Shown one piece after another: positions 10,348-20,620 of a stretch of DNA of 64,000 nucleotides (within the stretch, counting starts at the first letter, position 1; each line of letters opens with the position of its first letter). Source of the stretch: Nannocystis pusilla (GTDB lineage: Bacteria > Myxococcota_A > Polyangia > Nannocystales > Nannocystaceae); NCBI RefSeq assembly GCF_051105105.1, contig NZ_CP185339.1. One strand, given 5' to 3'. The notes beneath the pieces were generated by a model that worked only from the letters and a program-made list of their open reading frames with translations, did no database searches and was not told where the DNA came from. The position numbers and the translations under genes are program-made.

Positions 10348-11628
10348 ATGCCCCCCGACACCCATCGCGCCATTCACGCCGTCTGGCGCCTCGAGTCGGC
10401 CAGGCTGATCGCCGGGCTCACGCGATTCGTCCGCGACATCGGCATCGCCGAGGAGCTGGCCCAGGACGCGCTGGTCGCCGCGCTCGAGCAGTGGCCGACC
10501 GCGGGCGTGCCCAACAACCCCGGCGCGTGGCTCATGACCACCGCCAAGCACCGCGCCATCGATCACCTGCGGCGAGTCGAGCGGCACGGCCGCAAGCACG
10601 TCGAGCTCGGCCACGCCATCGACGCCCGCCAGGACTCGCCCGCCGCCGTGCTCGACGCGGCGCTCGACGACGACGTCGGCGACGACCTCCTGCGCCTCGT
10701 GTTCACCTCGTGTCACCCCGCGCTGTCGAGCGAGGCCCGCGTCGCGCTGACGCTGCGCCTGCTCGGCGGCCTCACGACCCAGGAGATCGCCCGCGCCTAC
10801 CTCGTGCCCGAGCCGACGATCGCCCAGCGGATCGTCCGGGCCAAGCGGACCCTCGCCGAGGAGAACGTGCCCTTCGAGGTCCCCCGCGGCCCCGAGCTGG
10901 CCGCGCGCCTGGCCTCCGTCCTCGAGGTCATCTATCTGATCTTCAACGAGGGCTACTCGGCCACCTCCGGCGACGACTGGATGCGCCCGGCCCTGTGCGA
11001 GGAGGCCCTGCGCCTCGGCCGGATCGTCGCCCAGCTGATGCCCAGCGAGCCCGAGGTCCACGGCCTGGTCGCGCTGATGGAGATCCAGGCCTCGCGCTCG
11101 CGGGCGCGGGTCGGCCCCGGCGGCCAGCCGGTCCTGCTGAACGAGCAGAACCGTGCGCTGTGGGACCGCCTGCTGATCCGCCGCGGCCTGGCCGCGCTCG
11201 AGCGCATCGACGCTCTCGGCGGCGCCCGCGGCCCCTACGCCCTGCAGGCCGCCATCGCCGCCTGCCACGCCCGCGCGCTCACCCCCGAGGCCACCGACTG
11301 GACCACGATCGCCGCCCTCTATGCGGCCCTCTATCAATTGTCGCCCTCGCCGGTCATCGAGCTCAACCGCGCGGTCGCGGTCGCCATGGCCGAGGGCCCC
11401 GCGGCCGGCCTGGCGATCGTCGATCGCCTGGTCGACGAGCCCGCCCTCGCCCGCTATCACCTGCTGCCGGGCGTGCGCGGCGACTTTTTGTTCAAGCTCG
11501 GCCGCTTCGCCGAGGCCCGCGAGGCCCTGGAGCGCGCCGCCTCGCTCACCCGCAACGCCCGCGAGCGCGACCTCCTGCGCGAGCGCGTCGCCGCCTGCGA
11601 CCGCGCCCTCGCCGGCGAATCGACCTGA
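10348..11628 (+). CDS. ECF-type RNA polymerase sigma factor with C-terminal TPR-like extension (ECF42/DUF6596-like)
   Basis: Internal ATG at 10348 (MPPDTHRAIHAVWRLESARLIAGLTRFVRDIGIAEELAQDALVAALEQW). Sigma-70 region 2 and region 4 (LGGLTTQEIARAYLVPEPTIAQRIVRAKRTL) are followed by an about 200-aa helical extension. Confidence 0.8.
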   Translation: MPPDTHRAIHAVWRLESARLIAGLTRFVRDIGIAEELAQDALVAALEQWPTAGVPNNPGAWLMTTAKHRAIDHLRRVERHGRKHVELGHAIDARQDSPAAVLDAALDDDVGDDLLRLVFTSCHPALSSEARVALTLRLLGGLTTQEIARAYLVPEPTIAQRIVRAKRTLAEENVPFEVPRGPELAARLASVLEVIYLIFNEGYSATSGDDWMRPALCEEALRLGRIVAQLMPSEPEVHGLVALMEIQASRSRARVGPGGQPVLLNEQNRALWDRLLIRRGLAALERIDALGGARGPYALQAAIAACHARALTPEATDWTTIAALYAALYQLSPSPVIELNRAVAVAMAEGPAAGLAIVDRLVDEPALARYHLLPGVRGDFLFKLGRFAEAREALERAASLTRNARERDLLRERVAACDRALAGEST

Positions 11629-11671
11629 CCTGCGAATCACCGCGGCGCGCGGCGAATGTGAGCACCGCGGA

Positions 11672-12550
11672 TCAGCGGCCCGCCGGCGCGATCCGCAGCT
11701 TGCGCAGCGCCAGCGCGTGGGCGATCCCGTCTTGCAGCGAGCTCAGCGTCTTGAGGCTCGCCAGATCGACGCCGAGGTCGACGATCGTCCGGGCCACGTC
11801 CGGCGACAGACCGACCAGCAGCAGCTGCGCCCCGAGCAGCCGCACCGCCTGGCTGGTGCGGACGATCAGCTGCGCCGCGTCGCTGTCGAACAGCGGCACC
11901 CCCGAGATGTCGACGATCACCACGCTCGCGCGCGCCTCCCCGATCGCGTGCAGCAGCCGCTCGGTCAGCAGCTGCGCGCGCTGGGCGTCGAACATCCCGA
12001 CCAGCGGCACCACCACGATGCCCTCGTGGACCGGCGCGATCGGGGTCGACGCCTGGCGGATGACCTCGAGCAGGCGCGTCTTCTCTGCGAAGGCCGCCTT
12101 GAGCTCCTCGAGCTGCGACTCGAGCTGGCGCACCTCGAGCTGGGCCGCCTGCTCCTGGAACGTCTGCTCGCGCTGGGCCACGAACCGCATCGACCCGACC
12201 AGCACCAGCTGGAACAGCCAGTCCTCGACGCGCTGGCGCTCCGCCGGCTCGGCCTCGGTCGCCGCCGCCAGCACCAGCTGTCGCAGCGTGGTCGACAGGT
12301 GGCGCAGGTCGGCGTAGCCGAGCGACCCGGAGAATCGCTGCACCAGCGCCAGCATCGCCTCGCGGCCGGCGGCGTCCTTGCCGCTCGCCGCGTCGGCGAC
12401 GAGCGCCGCGATCACGCGGTCGGCGACCGCCTCGCACGCGACCGCGCCGGCGCTGCGGAACACGCTGCCCGGGCGGCGACCGAGGCGCTCGGCCAGCTCC
12501 GCGACGAGGCCCGCCCTGGCGCGCTCGATCCAGCTAAATGGCGTCTGCAT
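11672..12550 (-). CDS. RsbR-like STAS-domain protein (anti-sigma-factor antagonist family)
   Basis: Start MQTPFSWIERARAG at 12550. A C-terminal STAS domain (GIVVVPLVGMFDAQRAQLLTERLL...VVIVDISGVPLFDSDAAQLIVRTSQAVRLLGAQLLLVGLSPDVAR) follows an N-terminal helical sensor-like domain. Confidence 0.7.
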   Translation of the reverse strand: MQTPFSWIERARAGLVAELAERLGRRPGSVFRSAGAVACEAVADRVIAALVADAASGKDAAGREAMLALVQRFSGSLGYADLRHLSTTLRQLVLAAATEAEPAERQRVEDWLFQLVLVGSMRFVAQREQTFQEQAAQLEVRQLESQLEELKAAFAEKTRLLEVIRQASTPIAPVHEGIVVVPLVGMFDAQRAQLLTERLLHAIGEARASVVIVDISGVPLFDSDAAQLIVRTSQAVRLLGAQLLLVGLSPDVARTIVDLGVDLASLKTLSSLQDGIAHALALRKLRIAPAGR

Positions 12551-12564
12551 CGTCGGCCCGCCGT

Positions 12565-13083
12565 TCAGAAGCTCACCAGGTACGTGCACGACGAGCCGCC
12601 CTCGTCCATGCAGCCGCCCGCGCCGTGCTCGACCAGCGCCGGCGCGCCGACGCGGGAGCAGCAGCCCTCGATGATGCCGACGTTGAGCGGGCACGGCCCG
12701 AGCGAGGTCCACACCATCGTCGCGCTGTTGTCGTCGTCGAATTCGCAGGTGATGGCGCCGATGTCGGCGGCGCGGGCGTTCATGCGATAGGCCGCGTCGA
12801 GGCCCATCAGCAGGCTCTTCACGTCGTCGAGGCCGGGCGGGAACGGGGCCGTCTCGATCATCTTCTTGCCGACGGCGATCATCGCCCCGCGGCCGATCTT
12901 CTCGTAGATGGCGAAGTAGATTTCCATCGCCCAGTTGATGTCGTACCAGCGCCTCGGATCGATGCGATCGACGCCGGCGTCGCGCAGCACCTTCTGCACG
13001 AGCGCCTCGGAATGGCCCAAGCCGAGCAAAAAGGAGTAGAGCGCGGCGCCGTTGTATTGTCCGCCCGATTTGCTGGTTCGCAT
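12565..13083 (-). CDS. V4R-like small-molecule-binding protein (hypothetical)
   Basis: ATG at 13083 preceded by GGAGG. The C-terminal CPLNVGIIEGCCSRVG...EHGAGGCMDEGGSSCTYLV resembles the Cys pattern of V4R domains. It lies 15 bp upstream of, and co-directional with, the STAS gene. Confidence 0.5.
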   Translation of the reverse strand: MRTSKSGGQYNGAALYSFLLGLGHSEALVQKVLRDAGVDRIDPRRWYDINWAMEIYFAIYEKIGRGAMIAVGKKMIETAPFPPGLDDVKSLLMGLDAAYRMNARAADIGAITCEFDDDNSATMVWTSLGPCPLNVGIIEGCCSRVGAPALVEHGAGGCMDEGGSSCTYLVSF

Positions 13084-13622
13084 GAGTCCTCCGACCGCTG
13101 GCGCGCCCGCGCGCGACTCGACGCCTCGAAGCATCGAAAGCGCCGCGCACGCCGTCTCTCCGTGTACCGCGAACTTCGCCTCACTGTCCAGCTCGCTGCA
13201 TGAAACGTGCTGGATTGCGCCACGTCTTCGTCGGCCTCTTCAATTGGCGGGACCCGCCGCCGCGGCCGGCGGGACGTCCCCCGATGAGGCGGCAGGACCG
13301 CCCACGGTCGCTTCGTTCGTCTCGCGCCGCAGCTCCTCCGCGAGACCTCCTCCCGACGGGCGAATCTCGCCTCGGAACGCGTTCTATCGCCGCTGCCGGC
13401 GCCGCGTGGTCGGGTGTGCCGAAGCGGCGCACCCGCCGTCGCTGCCGACCGGCGCCCGCGCCCGCGCGGCACATCGTCCCGCGAATGAACATCGATTCAT
13501 CCAATCCCTCACACCACAATCGTGACGCGAACGGTACGTCCGCGCCGGCGGGCGAGCCCACGATTCGCCGGTCCCGCCATTTCGCACCGCCGCGAATCAT
13601 CGCGGACGCGCCCATCCACTCG

Positions 13623-14666
13623 CTACGCCGCGAGCCCTGCCTCGCGCACCAGCAGCGCCACCAGCTCTGCGGCAGGCAGCGCGCGGCCCATCGGCGCGCC
13701 CTGCCCGGCCCACAGCTGCATGAGATCGGCCCGGCCCTGCGCCGCCGCGGCCGCGCGGAGGTCCCGGGTCAGGCTCTGCTGCTGCGGGAACGGAGCCGCC
13801 TCGACCGCCGCGAACGCCTCGCTGAAGCGATTGCGGACGCCTCGCGCCGGCCGGCCGCTGAACGCCCGCGTCACCACCGTGCGCCACGCGGTCGCCAGCG
13901 CGGCGCGGTGCGCCTCGCTCGTGCCGGCTTCGGGGCACGTCATGAACGCGGTGCCGAGCTGCACCCCCGCCGCTCCGAGCTCGAGCATCGCCCGGATCGC
14001 GCGACCATCCATGATCCCGCCGGCCGCGATCACCGGCACCTGCACGCGTGCCGCGATTTGCGGCACCAGAGTGATCGACCCGACCAGCCCGTCCTCGAAC
14101 GCGCCGAGGAAGGTCCCGCGATGCCCGCCCGCCTCGGCCCCCTGCGCACACACGGCGTCGACCCCGAGCGCCGCCAGCACCACCGCCTCCTCGACCGTCG
14201 TCGCCGTCCCGATCACCGCGATCGAGCGCGCGTGCAGGGCCTCGATCTGGGCCCGCGACGGCGCCCCGAACGTGAAGCTGAACACCGCCGGACGGATCTG
14301 CAGCACCGCCTCGAGCTGCGCCTCGAACTCCGGCGCCGCGCGGCCGGGCGGCGCCGGCGAGGGCAAGCCGAGCTCGCGGCGGAACTCGGCCAGGACGGGC
14401 GACACGCGCGCCGTCGCGGCCGGATCGTCGGGCGCGTCGGCGCGGACGAACAGGTTGAGCGCGAACGGCTGCAACGTCAGCGAGCGCAGCTTCGCCGCCG
14501 CCGCTTCGATCTCCTGCGGCGCCATGTAAGCGCAGCCCAGCGAGCCCAGCCCGCCGGCGTTCGAAACCGCGGCCGCGAGCGCCGGCGTATCGGGCCCGCC
14601 GGCCATCGGCGCCTGTACGATCGGCCATCTCGTCGGCAACGCCGTCGTCGTTCCTCGGTCGGTCAT
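13623..14666 (-). CDS. nitronate monooxygenase (2-nitropropane dioxygenase family)
   Basis: WPIVQAPMAGG N-terminal motif and the GGIMDGRAIRAMLELGAAGVQLGTAFM FMN-binding TIM-barrel signature of NMO enzymes. Confidence 0.85.
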   Translation of the reverse strand: MTDRGTTTALPTRWPIVQAPMAGGPDTPALAAAVSNAGGLGSLGCAYMAPQEIEAAAAKLRSLTLQPFALNLFVRADAPDDPAATARVSPVLAEFRRELGLPSPAPPGRAAPEFEAQLEAVLQIRPAVFSFTFGAPSRAQIEALHARSIAVIGTATTVEEAVVLAALGVDAVCAQGAEAGGHRGTFLGAFEDGLVGSITLVPQIAARVQVPVIAAGGIMDGRAIRAMLELGAAGVQLGTAFMTCPEAGTSEAHRAALATAWRTVVTRAFSGRPARGVRNRFSEAFAAVEAAPFPQQQSLTRDLRAAAAAQGRADLMQLWAGQGAPMGRALPAAELVALLVREAGLAA

Positions 14667-14777
14667 CGCCGACGATCATGCATCACCCTCGGGCCTCCGC
14701 CCACGACGAACTCTTCCGTCTTCGCCGTGACCCGTGCGATTCGGGCCTGGGGCCGCTGCATCGCGTAAGGTGAGCCC

Positions 14778-15782
<1,005 letters not shown>

Positions 15783-15787
15783 TCCTC

Positions 15788-16534
15788 ATGTCCACCGCCA
15801 ACCTCGCCGCCGATCACTACGAGCTGTACTACTGGCCGGGCATCCCCGGCCGCGGCGAGTTCGTGCGCCTCGTGTGCGAGGACGCCGGCGCGCCCTACCT
15901 CGACGTCGCCCGCCGGCCCGCCGCGGACGGCGGCGGCGAGGCGGCCATCGTCCGCGCGCTCGAGTCGCTGCCCGGCCTGCCCGCCTTCGCCCCGCCGATC
16001 CTCCGCGCCGGCGAGCTGGTGATCGCCCAGACCGCCAACATCTGCGGCTTCCTCGGCGATCGCCACGACCTGTCCCCGGGGACAGAGGGCGGCCGCGCCG
16101 AGGCCATGCAGCTGCAGCTCACCGTCTCCGACCTCGTCGCCGAGGTCCACGACACGCACCACCCGATCTCCACCGCCCAGTACTACGAGGAGCAGCGCGA
16201 CGCCGCCGAGCTGCGGGCGACCGGCTTCCGCGAGCAGCGGCTGCCGAAGTTCCTCGCCTACTTCGACCGCGTCCTGCAGCGCAGCGGCGGCCCGTGGCTG
16301 CTCGGCGACGCCTGCAGCCACGCCGACCTGTCGCTCTTCCAAGCCCTGCTCGGCCTCGAGTACGCGTTCCCGCGCGCGTTCGCCCGCCAGGCCCGCCGCG
16401 TCCCCGCGCTGCTGCGCCTGCGCGACCGCGTCGCCGAGCGCCCGCGGATCGCAGCCTACCTCGCCTCGCCGCGCCGGCTGGCCTTCAACGAGAACGGCAT
16501 CTTCCGCCGCTACCCCGAGCTCGACCCGGTCTGA
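15788..16534 (+). CDS. glutathione S-transferase family protein
   Basis: YELYYWPGIPGRGEFVRLV thioredoxin-like N-domain and a helical C-domain. It is coupled to the upstream LLM gene (stop and start 5 nt apart). Confidence 0.8.
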   Translation: MSTANLAADHYELYYWPGIPGRGEFVRLVCEDAGAPYLDVARRPAADGGGEAAIVRALESLPGLPAFAPPILRAGELVIAQTANICGFLGDRHDLSPGTEGGRAEAMQLQLTVSDLVAEVHDTHHPISTAQYYEEQRDAAELRATGFREQRLPKFLAYFDRVLQRSGGPWLLGDACSHADLSLFQALLGLEYAFPRAFARQARRVPALLRLRDRVAERPRIAAYLASPRRLAFNENGIFRRYPELDPV

Positions 16535-16546
16535 GCGCCGCGGCCC

Positions 16547-16645
16547 GATAGCATGTCCTTCGGGACATGGCCAGGGAGACATTTAGAACCGGCGCCGGGA
16601 GCGACCCCGACGCGCGTTCTTCAGGACATGTCCCGTGAGACATCC
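16547..16645. repeat. two REP-like palindromic elements (ATGTCCTTCGGGACATGG... and CAGGACATGTCCCGTGAGACATCC) between convergent genes
   Basis: GGACATGTCC cores lie at about 16560 and about 16624, between the GST 3' end and the 16725..17445 gene 3' end. Confidence 0.7.
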
Positions 16646-16724
16646 CCGCGCCGAGGCGCGGGCTCGCCGGCCCCCGGCGCGAGCGCAGAAAGCGGCGCGG
16701 GTCCGTCGTCGTTCCGCGCGCCCG

Positions 16725-17445
16725 CTACGCCCCGATCCCGCAGCACGACAGCGCCTTGGCCGCGAGCAGGTCGTGGTTCTCGCAGACCGGCTCGAACGCG
16801 CACTCGCCGAACTTGACGTCGTCCTCGAAGCACTCGCAGGCCGCCTCGGTGCAGCGCATCGCCAGCGTCGGCTCGCCGGCGCACTCGCGCGACCACTCGC
16901 ACATCGACTCATTGCCGCCGCCGCCGATCGAGCACACGTTGCCGAACCCGCACACGTCCTCCTGGGCGATCGCCAGGTCGGTGCAGGGCCCTTCCTCGCC
17001 CTGCTCGAGCTCCTCGACTTGCTGGCACGTCAGGCCCGCCTGACAGTCCATCGTCGCCGTCGCGGCCGCCTGGCACTCGCCCTCGAGCTCCGCCAGAATC
17101 CGCCTCGCAATCCTCCGGGCACGTCATCGCCTCTTCGGGCGTGAGGCCGACGCACTTGGCCAGCATCACGCAGTACTTCTGACAGGTCGTCGCCTCCGGT
17201 GGGTCGCCGGCGCTGGTGCTGGTCTCGCCGGGGTCCGTCGACTCGCCGGTGGTCGCCGGCGTCGTCGGCGAGCCCGTCGTGGTCGGCTCCGTGGCGCCGT
17301 CGGTGGACGTCCCCGACTCGGTCGCCGGCGCCGTGTCGCCGCCGCTCGTCGACGGCTCCGTGGCCGCGTCGGTGTCGTTCTTCTCGCCGGGACAGGCCCC
17401 GAGCAACAGGGCCGTGAGGATGAGTCCGTTTCTGGGATGGAGCAT
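16725..17445 (-). CDS. Cys-rich secreted lipoprotein, hypothetical (1-nt frameshift near 17050-17110)
   Basis: MLHPRNGLILTALLLGAC lipobox plus Thr/Pro linker plus Cys motifs sits in the 16909..17520 frame. It continues in ORF 16725..17051 (CxxxC-rich, 14 Cys). Confidence 0.5.
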
Positions 17446-17589
17446 GTCGGTTCTCCCTGGCCCGCGGCCTGGCAACCCGGCGCGCGGCGACCCCCGAAAC
17501 CGCGCGCCCTCGCAGGCCATTCCTGCGGGTCGGATCGGCGTCGGGTCGGAACTGCTCGCGCCCCTTCACCCTCGCAGTGGCCGTACCTC

Positions 17590-17613
17590 GGCTATTCTGT
17601 CGGCTATTCTGTC
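17590..17613 (+). promoter_or_regulatory. perfect 12-bp direct repeat GGCTATTCTGTC x2 immediately upstream of start codon of 17617 gene
   Basis: A comparatively AT-rich tandem duplicate abuts the ATG. It may be an operator or leader element. Confidence 0.3.
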
Positions 17614-17616
17614 GCC

Positions 17617-18582
17617 ATGGTCTGGGGCGGAGCCACGTTCGACGCCATCGCGCGGCTGAAGCGGGAGCAGAGCGCCCTCGCCAGCAAGCGCAGCTCGATC
17701 CGCCCGCACGAACTGGGCGCGGGGCCGAAGAAGGAACCGTTCGACTGCATGTTCCTGTGCAACGTCTGCGGCTACCTCAGCGACACCGACCCGCCCTGCC
17801 CCTCGTGCGGTCGCCAGGCCTGGATCGACCTCGACTACTGGGGCCTCGCGGAGGCTCTGCGCGCCCGCGAGGAGGAGGAGCGGCGACACCCGCCCGATCG
17901 CCTCAAGTGGCAGATCCGGCTCGCCTCCCTGGCCGCTGGCGCGGCGATCGGCGTCGGCGGTGCCGCCGGCCTCGCGCTCGCCGGCGTCGCTGCCCTCGGC
18001 TGGCCCTCGCTGCTCGGTCTGGGCGGCGGCGCCACGGCGCTCACCCACCGCCTCGGCCGGCGCCGGATCGGCCGCAGCTTGATGCTCCGCGGCGGCGCTC
18101 GACCGACGCGCTGGCACATGCCGCTGCCGCTGGTCGCCGAGGACGCCGTCGTCGCCGCGCGCGTCGTCGGCCAGCCGCAGCCGCGCGGCGCCCTGCTCAC
18201 CGCCCCGTTCTCCGGCCGCCCCTGCCTCGGCTACGAGCTCGGCGTCCTGTTCGACGCGCCCGGCGACGCCTGGCCGCCGATCTGGGTCCTCCGCGAGATG
18301 CACTCGTGCGCCTTCGACGTCCACGACCGCCACGTCGAGGCCGACGCCGTCACCCTCGCGCTGCCCATCACCCCCGTCGCCCAGCCGTTCATGATCGAGA
18401 GCGCCCGCCAGCGGTTCCTCCGCCAGCGCGGCCTCTTCCTCCTCGACGGCCGCTTCGACCTGTTCGAGGCCATCCTCGAGCCCGGCGCGGTCTACGAGCT
18501 GCAGTGGGCCTCGGCGCCGCAGGGCGCCCCACCCGTCATTCACGCCACCAGCGGCGTCCTCCCGCGCGGCGCCTACCGCTGA
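17617..18582 (+). CDS. zinc-ribbon membrane protein, hypothetical
   Basis: Internal ATG at 17617 (MVWGGATFDAIARLKREQ). A CNVCGYLSDTDPPCPSCGRQAW zinc ribbon and a Gly/Ala-rich TM segment (LASLAAGAAIGVGGAAGLALAGVAALGWPSLLGLGGG) precede a C-terminal soluble domain. Confidence 0.55.
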   Translation: MVWGGATFDAIARLKREQSALASKRSSIRPHELGAGPKKEPFDCMFLCNVCGYLSDTDPPCPSCGRQAWIDLDYWGLAEALRAREEEERRHPPDRLKWQIRLASLAAGAAIGVGGAAGLALAGVAALGWPSLLGLGGGATALTHRLGRRRIGRSLMLRGGARPTRWHMPLPLVAEDAVVAARVVGQPQPRGALLTAPFSGRPCLGYELGVLFDAPGDAWPPIWVLREMHSCAFDVHDRHVEADAVTLALPITPVAQPFMIESARQRFLRQRGLFLLDGRFDLFEAILEPGAVYELQWASAPQGAPPVIHATSGVLPRGAYR

Positions 18583-18608
18583 GCCCGACCCCGCCGCGTC
18601 GGCGAAGC

Positions 18609-18642
18609 GACGATATGTCTTCACGGACATGTCCTTTTCGCC
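18609..18642. repeat. REP-like element (gacgatATGTCttcacGGACATGTCCttttcgcc)
   Basis: Same GGACATGTCC core family, in an intergenic position. Confidence 0.6.
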
Positions 18643-18771
18643 ATGTCATGCCCGCGCTCCGGCCCGGACGTGAGACGCGGGCCGAGGCTCTCCCGCGCGC
18701 GAACACCGGTCCGCCCGCCGCCTGCACCCCGCTTCCTGGGCCCCCGCCTCGCCTCGTATCATTCGCGGCGC

Positions 18772-19893
18772 ATGCCCACCCGCCGCCGCTTCCTCGCGCT
18801 CACCGCCGCTCTCTCGGCAGCAGCCTGCAGACCGCGAGCCACGGCCACCCCGCCCGAGCCCCCGCCCCGCCCGCTCACCCCGCCCGAGCCCCCGCCCCGC
18901 CCGCTCACCATGCTCGTCTTCGGCGGCACCGGCTTCATCGGCCCGCACCTCGTGCGCCACGCGGTCGCCCGCGGCCACAGCGTCTCGATCTTCACCCGCG
19001 GCCGGCGCAAGGTCGACCTGCCCGACAGCGTCGAGCGGCTGCTCGGCGACCGCGACGGTCAGCTCGGCATCCTCGAAGGCAGGCGCTGGGACATCGTCGT
19101 CGACGACTCCGCCACCCGCCCCGAATGGGTCCAGCAATCGACGCAGTTGCTCAAGGACCAGGTCGGCCGGTATCTCTACACCTCCTCGACCGGCGTCTAC
19201 TACCCCTATTTGAAGCCCGGCGCCGACGAGACCTGGCCGGTGCGCACCGAGGTCACCGATCCCGAGGACGGCTCCGAGGCCTACGGCGTGGCCAAGGCCC
19301 GCTGCGAGCGCGAGGTCCTGCAGACCTTCGGCGAGCGCGGCCTCGTCGTCCGCCCGACCTACATCGTCGGCCCCGGCGACACCACCGACAGGTTCCCCTA
19401 CTGGCCCGTCCGCCTGCAGCGCGGCGGCGACGTGCTCGCCCCCGGGCGGCGCGACGACCCGGTCCAGCTCATCGACGTCCGCGACCTCGCCGAGTTCATG
19501 CTGCGCCTGCTCGAGGACGGGCGCAGCGGCATCTACAACGCGGTCGGCCCCAGCGAGCCGATCACCATGCCGCAATTCCTCGAGGCCGCGCGGGCCGCCG
19601 TCAACCCCGAGGCGCGCCTGGTATGGGTCGACGACTACGCCTTCCTCGAGGCCCACGGCATCACCGATGCTGTCCCGTGGGTCATGTTGAAGGGCAACGA
19701 CCTCGGCCACATGTCGACGCGCAACGCCAGGGCCGTGGCCGCCGGCCTGCGGTTCCGCCCGCTGGCCGACACCGTGCGCGACACCCTCGCCTGGTGGCCC
19801 ACCGTCCCCGCCGAGCGGCGCGACGCGGCGCAGTTCGCCATCACCCCCGAGCAGGAGGCGAAGGCGCTGGTCGACTGGCGCGCGCGCGGCTGA
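18772..19893 (+). CDS. Tat-secreted NAD-dependent epimerase/dehydratase (extended SDR) family protein
   Basis: MPTRRRFLALTAALSAAAC twin-arginine signal and a Rossmann LVFGGTGFIGPHLV motif. An in-frame 30-bp tandem duplication encodes TPPEPPPRPL x2 at about 18841-18900. Confidence 0.8.
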   Translation: MPTRRRFLALTAALSAAACRPRATATPPEPPPRPLTPPEPPPRPLTMLVFGGTGFIGPHLVRHAVARGHSVSIFTRGRRKVDLPDSVERLLGDRDGQLGILEGRRWDIVVDDSATRPEWVQQSTQLLKDQVGRYLYTSSTGVYYPYLKPGADETWPVRTEVTDPEDGSEAYGVAKARCEREVLQTFGERGLVVRPTYIVGPGDTTDRFPYWPVRLQRGGDVLAPGRRDDPVQLIDVRDLAEFMLRLLEDGRSGIYNAVGPSEPITMPQFLEAARAAVNPEARLVWVDDYAFLEAHGITDAVPWVMLKGNDLGHMSTRNARAVAAGLRFRPLADTVRDTLAWWPTVPAERRDAAQFAITPEQEAKALVDWRARG

Positions 19894-20554
19894 CCGCCCG
19901 CGGCGCCTCCGCCTCGGGGTCCCAGGTCGGCCGCCGGCCTGGCGCTCCGGACATGTCCTTCAGACCAGGCTCATCCCGCGGCACCAGCGCGACCCGCAGC
20001 AGCTGCAGCTCGCCGCGGTGCGCCGCGAGGAAGCGGACCAGGCGGTCGAAGCGGCGGTGATCGCCCCCCTGCCGCGACCACGGCACGTCGACCCGCAGCG
20101 TCGCCGGCCCCGTCCACGCCAGCCGCGCGTCGGGCTCGACCAGTCGCACCGCCGCCACCGCGAGCTCGCTCGGCCGGCGCAGCACCAGCTCGATCTTGCC
20201 GAACCACACCGCGCCGTGCAGCAGCCACGGCTTCAAATCGCCGACCGGCACCGGGTAGCGGGCGATCCGGCGCCGCAGCCAGCCATCGGCCGGGACCTCG
20301 CGGTCGACCGCGCTGCGGGCCAGCGCGACCACGTTCCACAGCAGGAACGCCGCGAACAGCTGCGGCACCATCGCCACGCCGCACACGACCGCGGTGAACA
20401 CCCCCGCCACGCGCGCGGCGCCCCAGAACTCGTGCGGCGGCCCCGGTTCGGACCAGGCCGGCAGCCCCTCCCGCAGCGCCCGCTCGAGCGCCGTCTCGAC
20501 GAAGCTGCGATACGGCTCGCGGGCGACGGGGGGCTGTCCTTCGAGCGCACGCAT
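19841..20554 (-). CDS. membrane protein, hypothetical (co-directional downstream of RING-TerD gene)
   Basis: Two predicted TM helices (VAGVFTAVVCGVAMVPQLFAAFLLWNVVAL). The C-terminal 50 codons overlap the epimerase gene end and a REP-like element (GLKDMSGAP), so the true stop may lie earlier. Confidence 0.4.
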   Translation of the reverse strand: MRALEGQPPVAREPYRSFVETALERALREGLPAWSEPGPPHEFWGAARVAGVFTAVVCGVAMVPQLFAAFLLWNVVALARSAVDREVPADGWLRRRIARYPVPVGDLKPWLLHGAVWFGKIELVLRRPSELAVAAVRLVEPDARLAWTGPATLRVDVPWSRQGGDHRRFDRLVRFLAAHRGELQLLRVALVPRDEPGLKDMSGAPGRRPTWDPEAEAPRAVSRARASRPAPSPPARG

Positions 20555-20620
20555 CGAGCCGAGCCAAGGCTAGCAGCCACCCCCGGACCGCGCCACGCGC
20601 CCCGCAGCGAGGCGCGGCGG

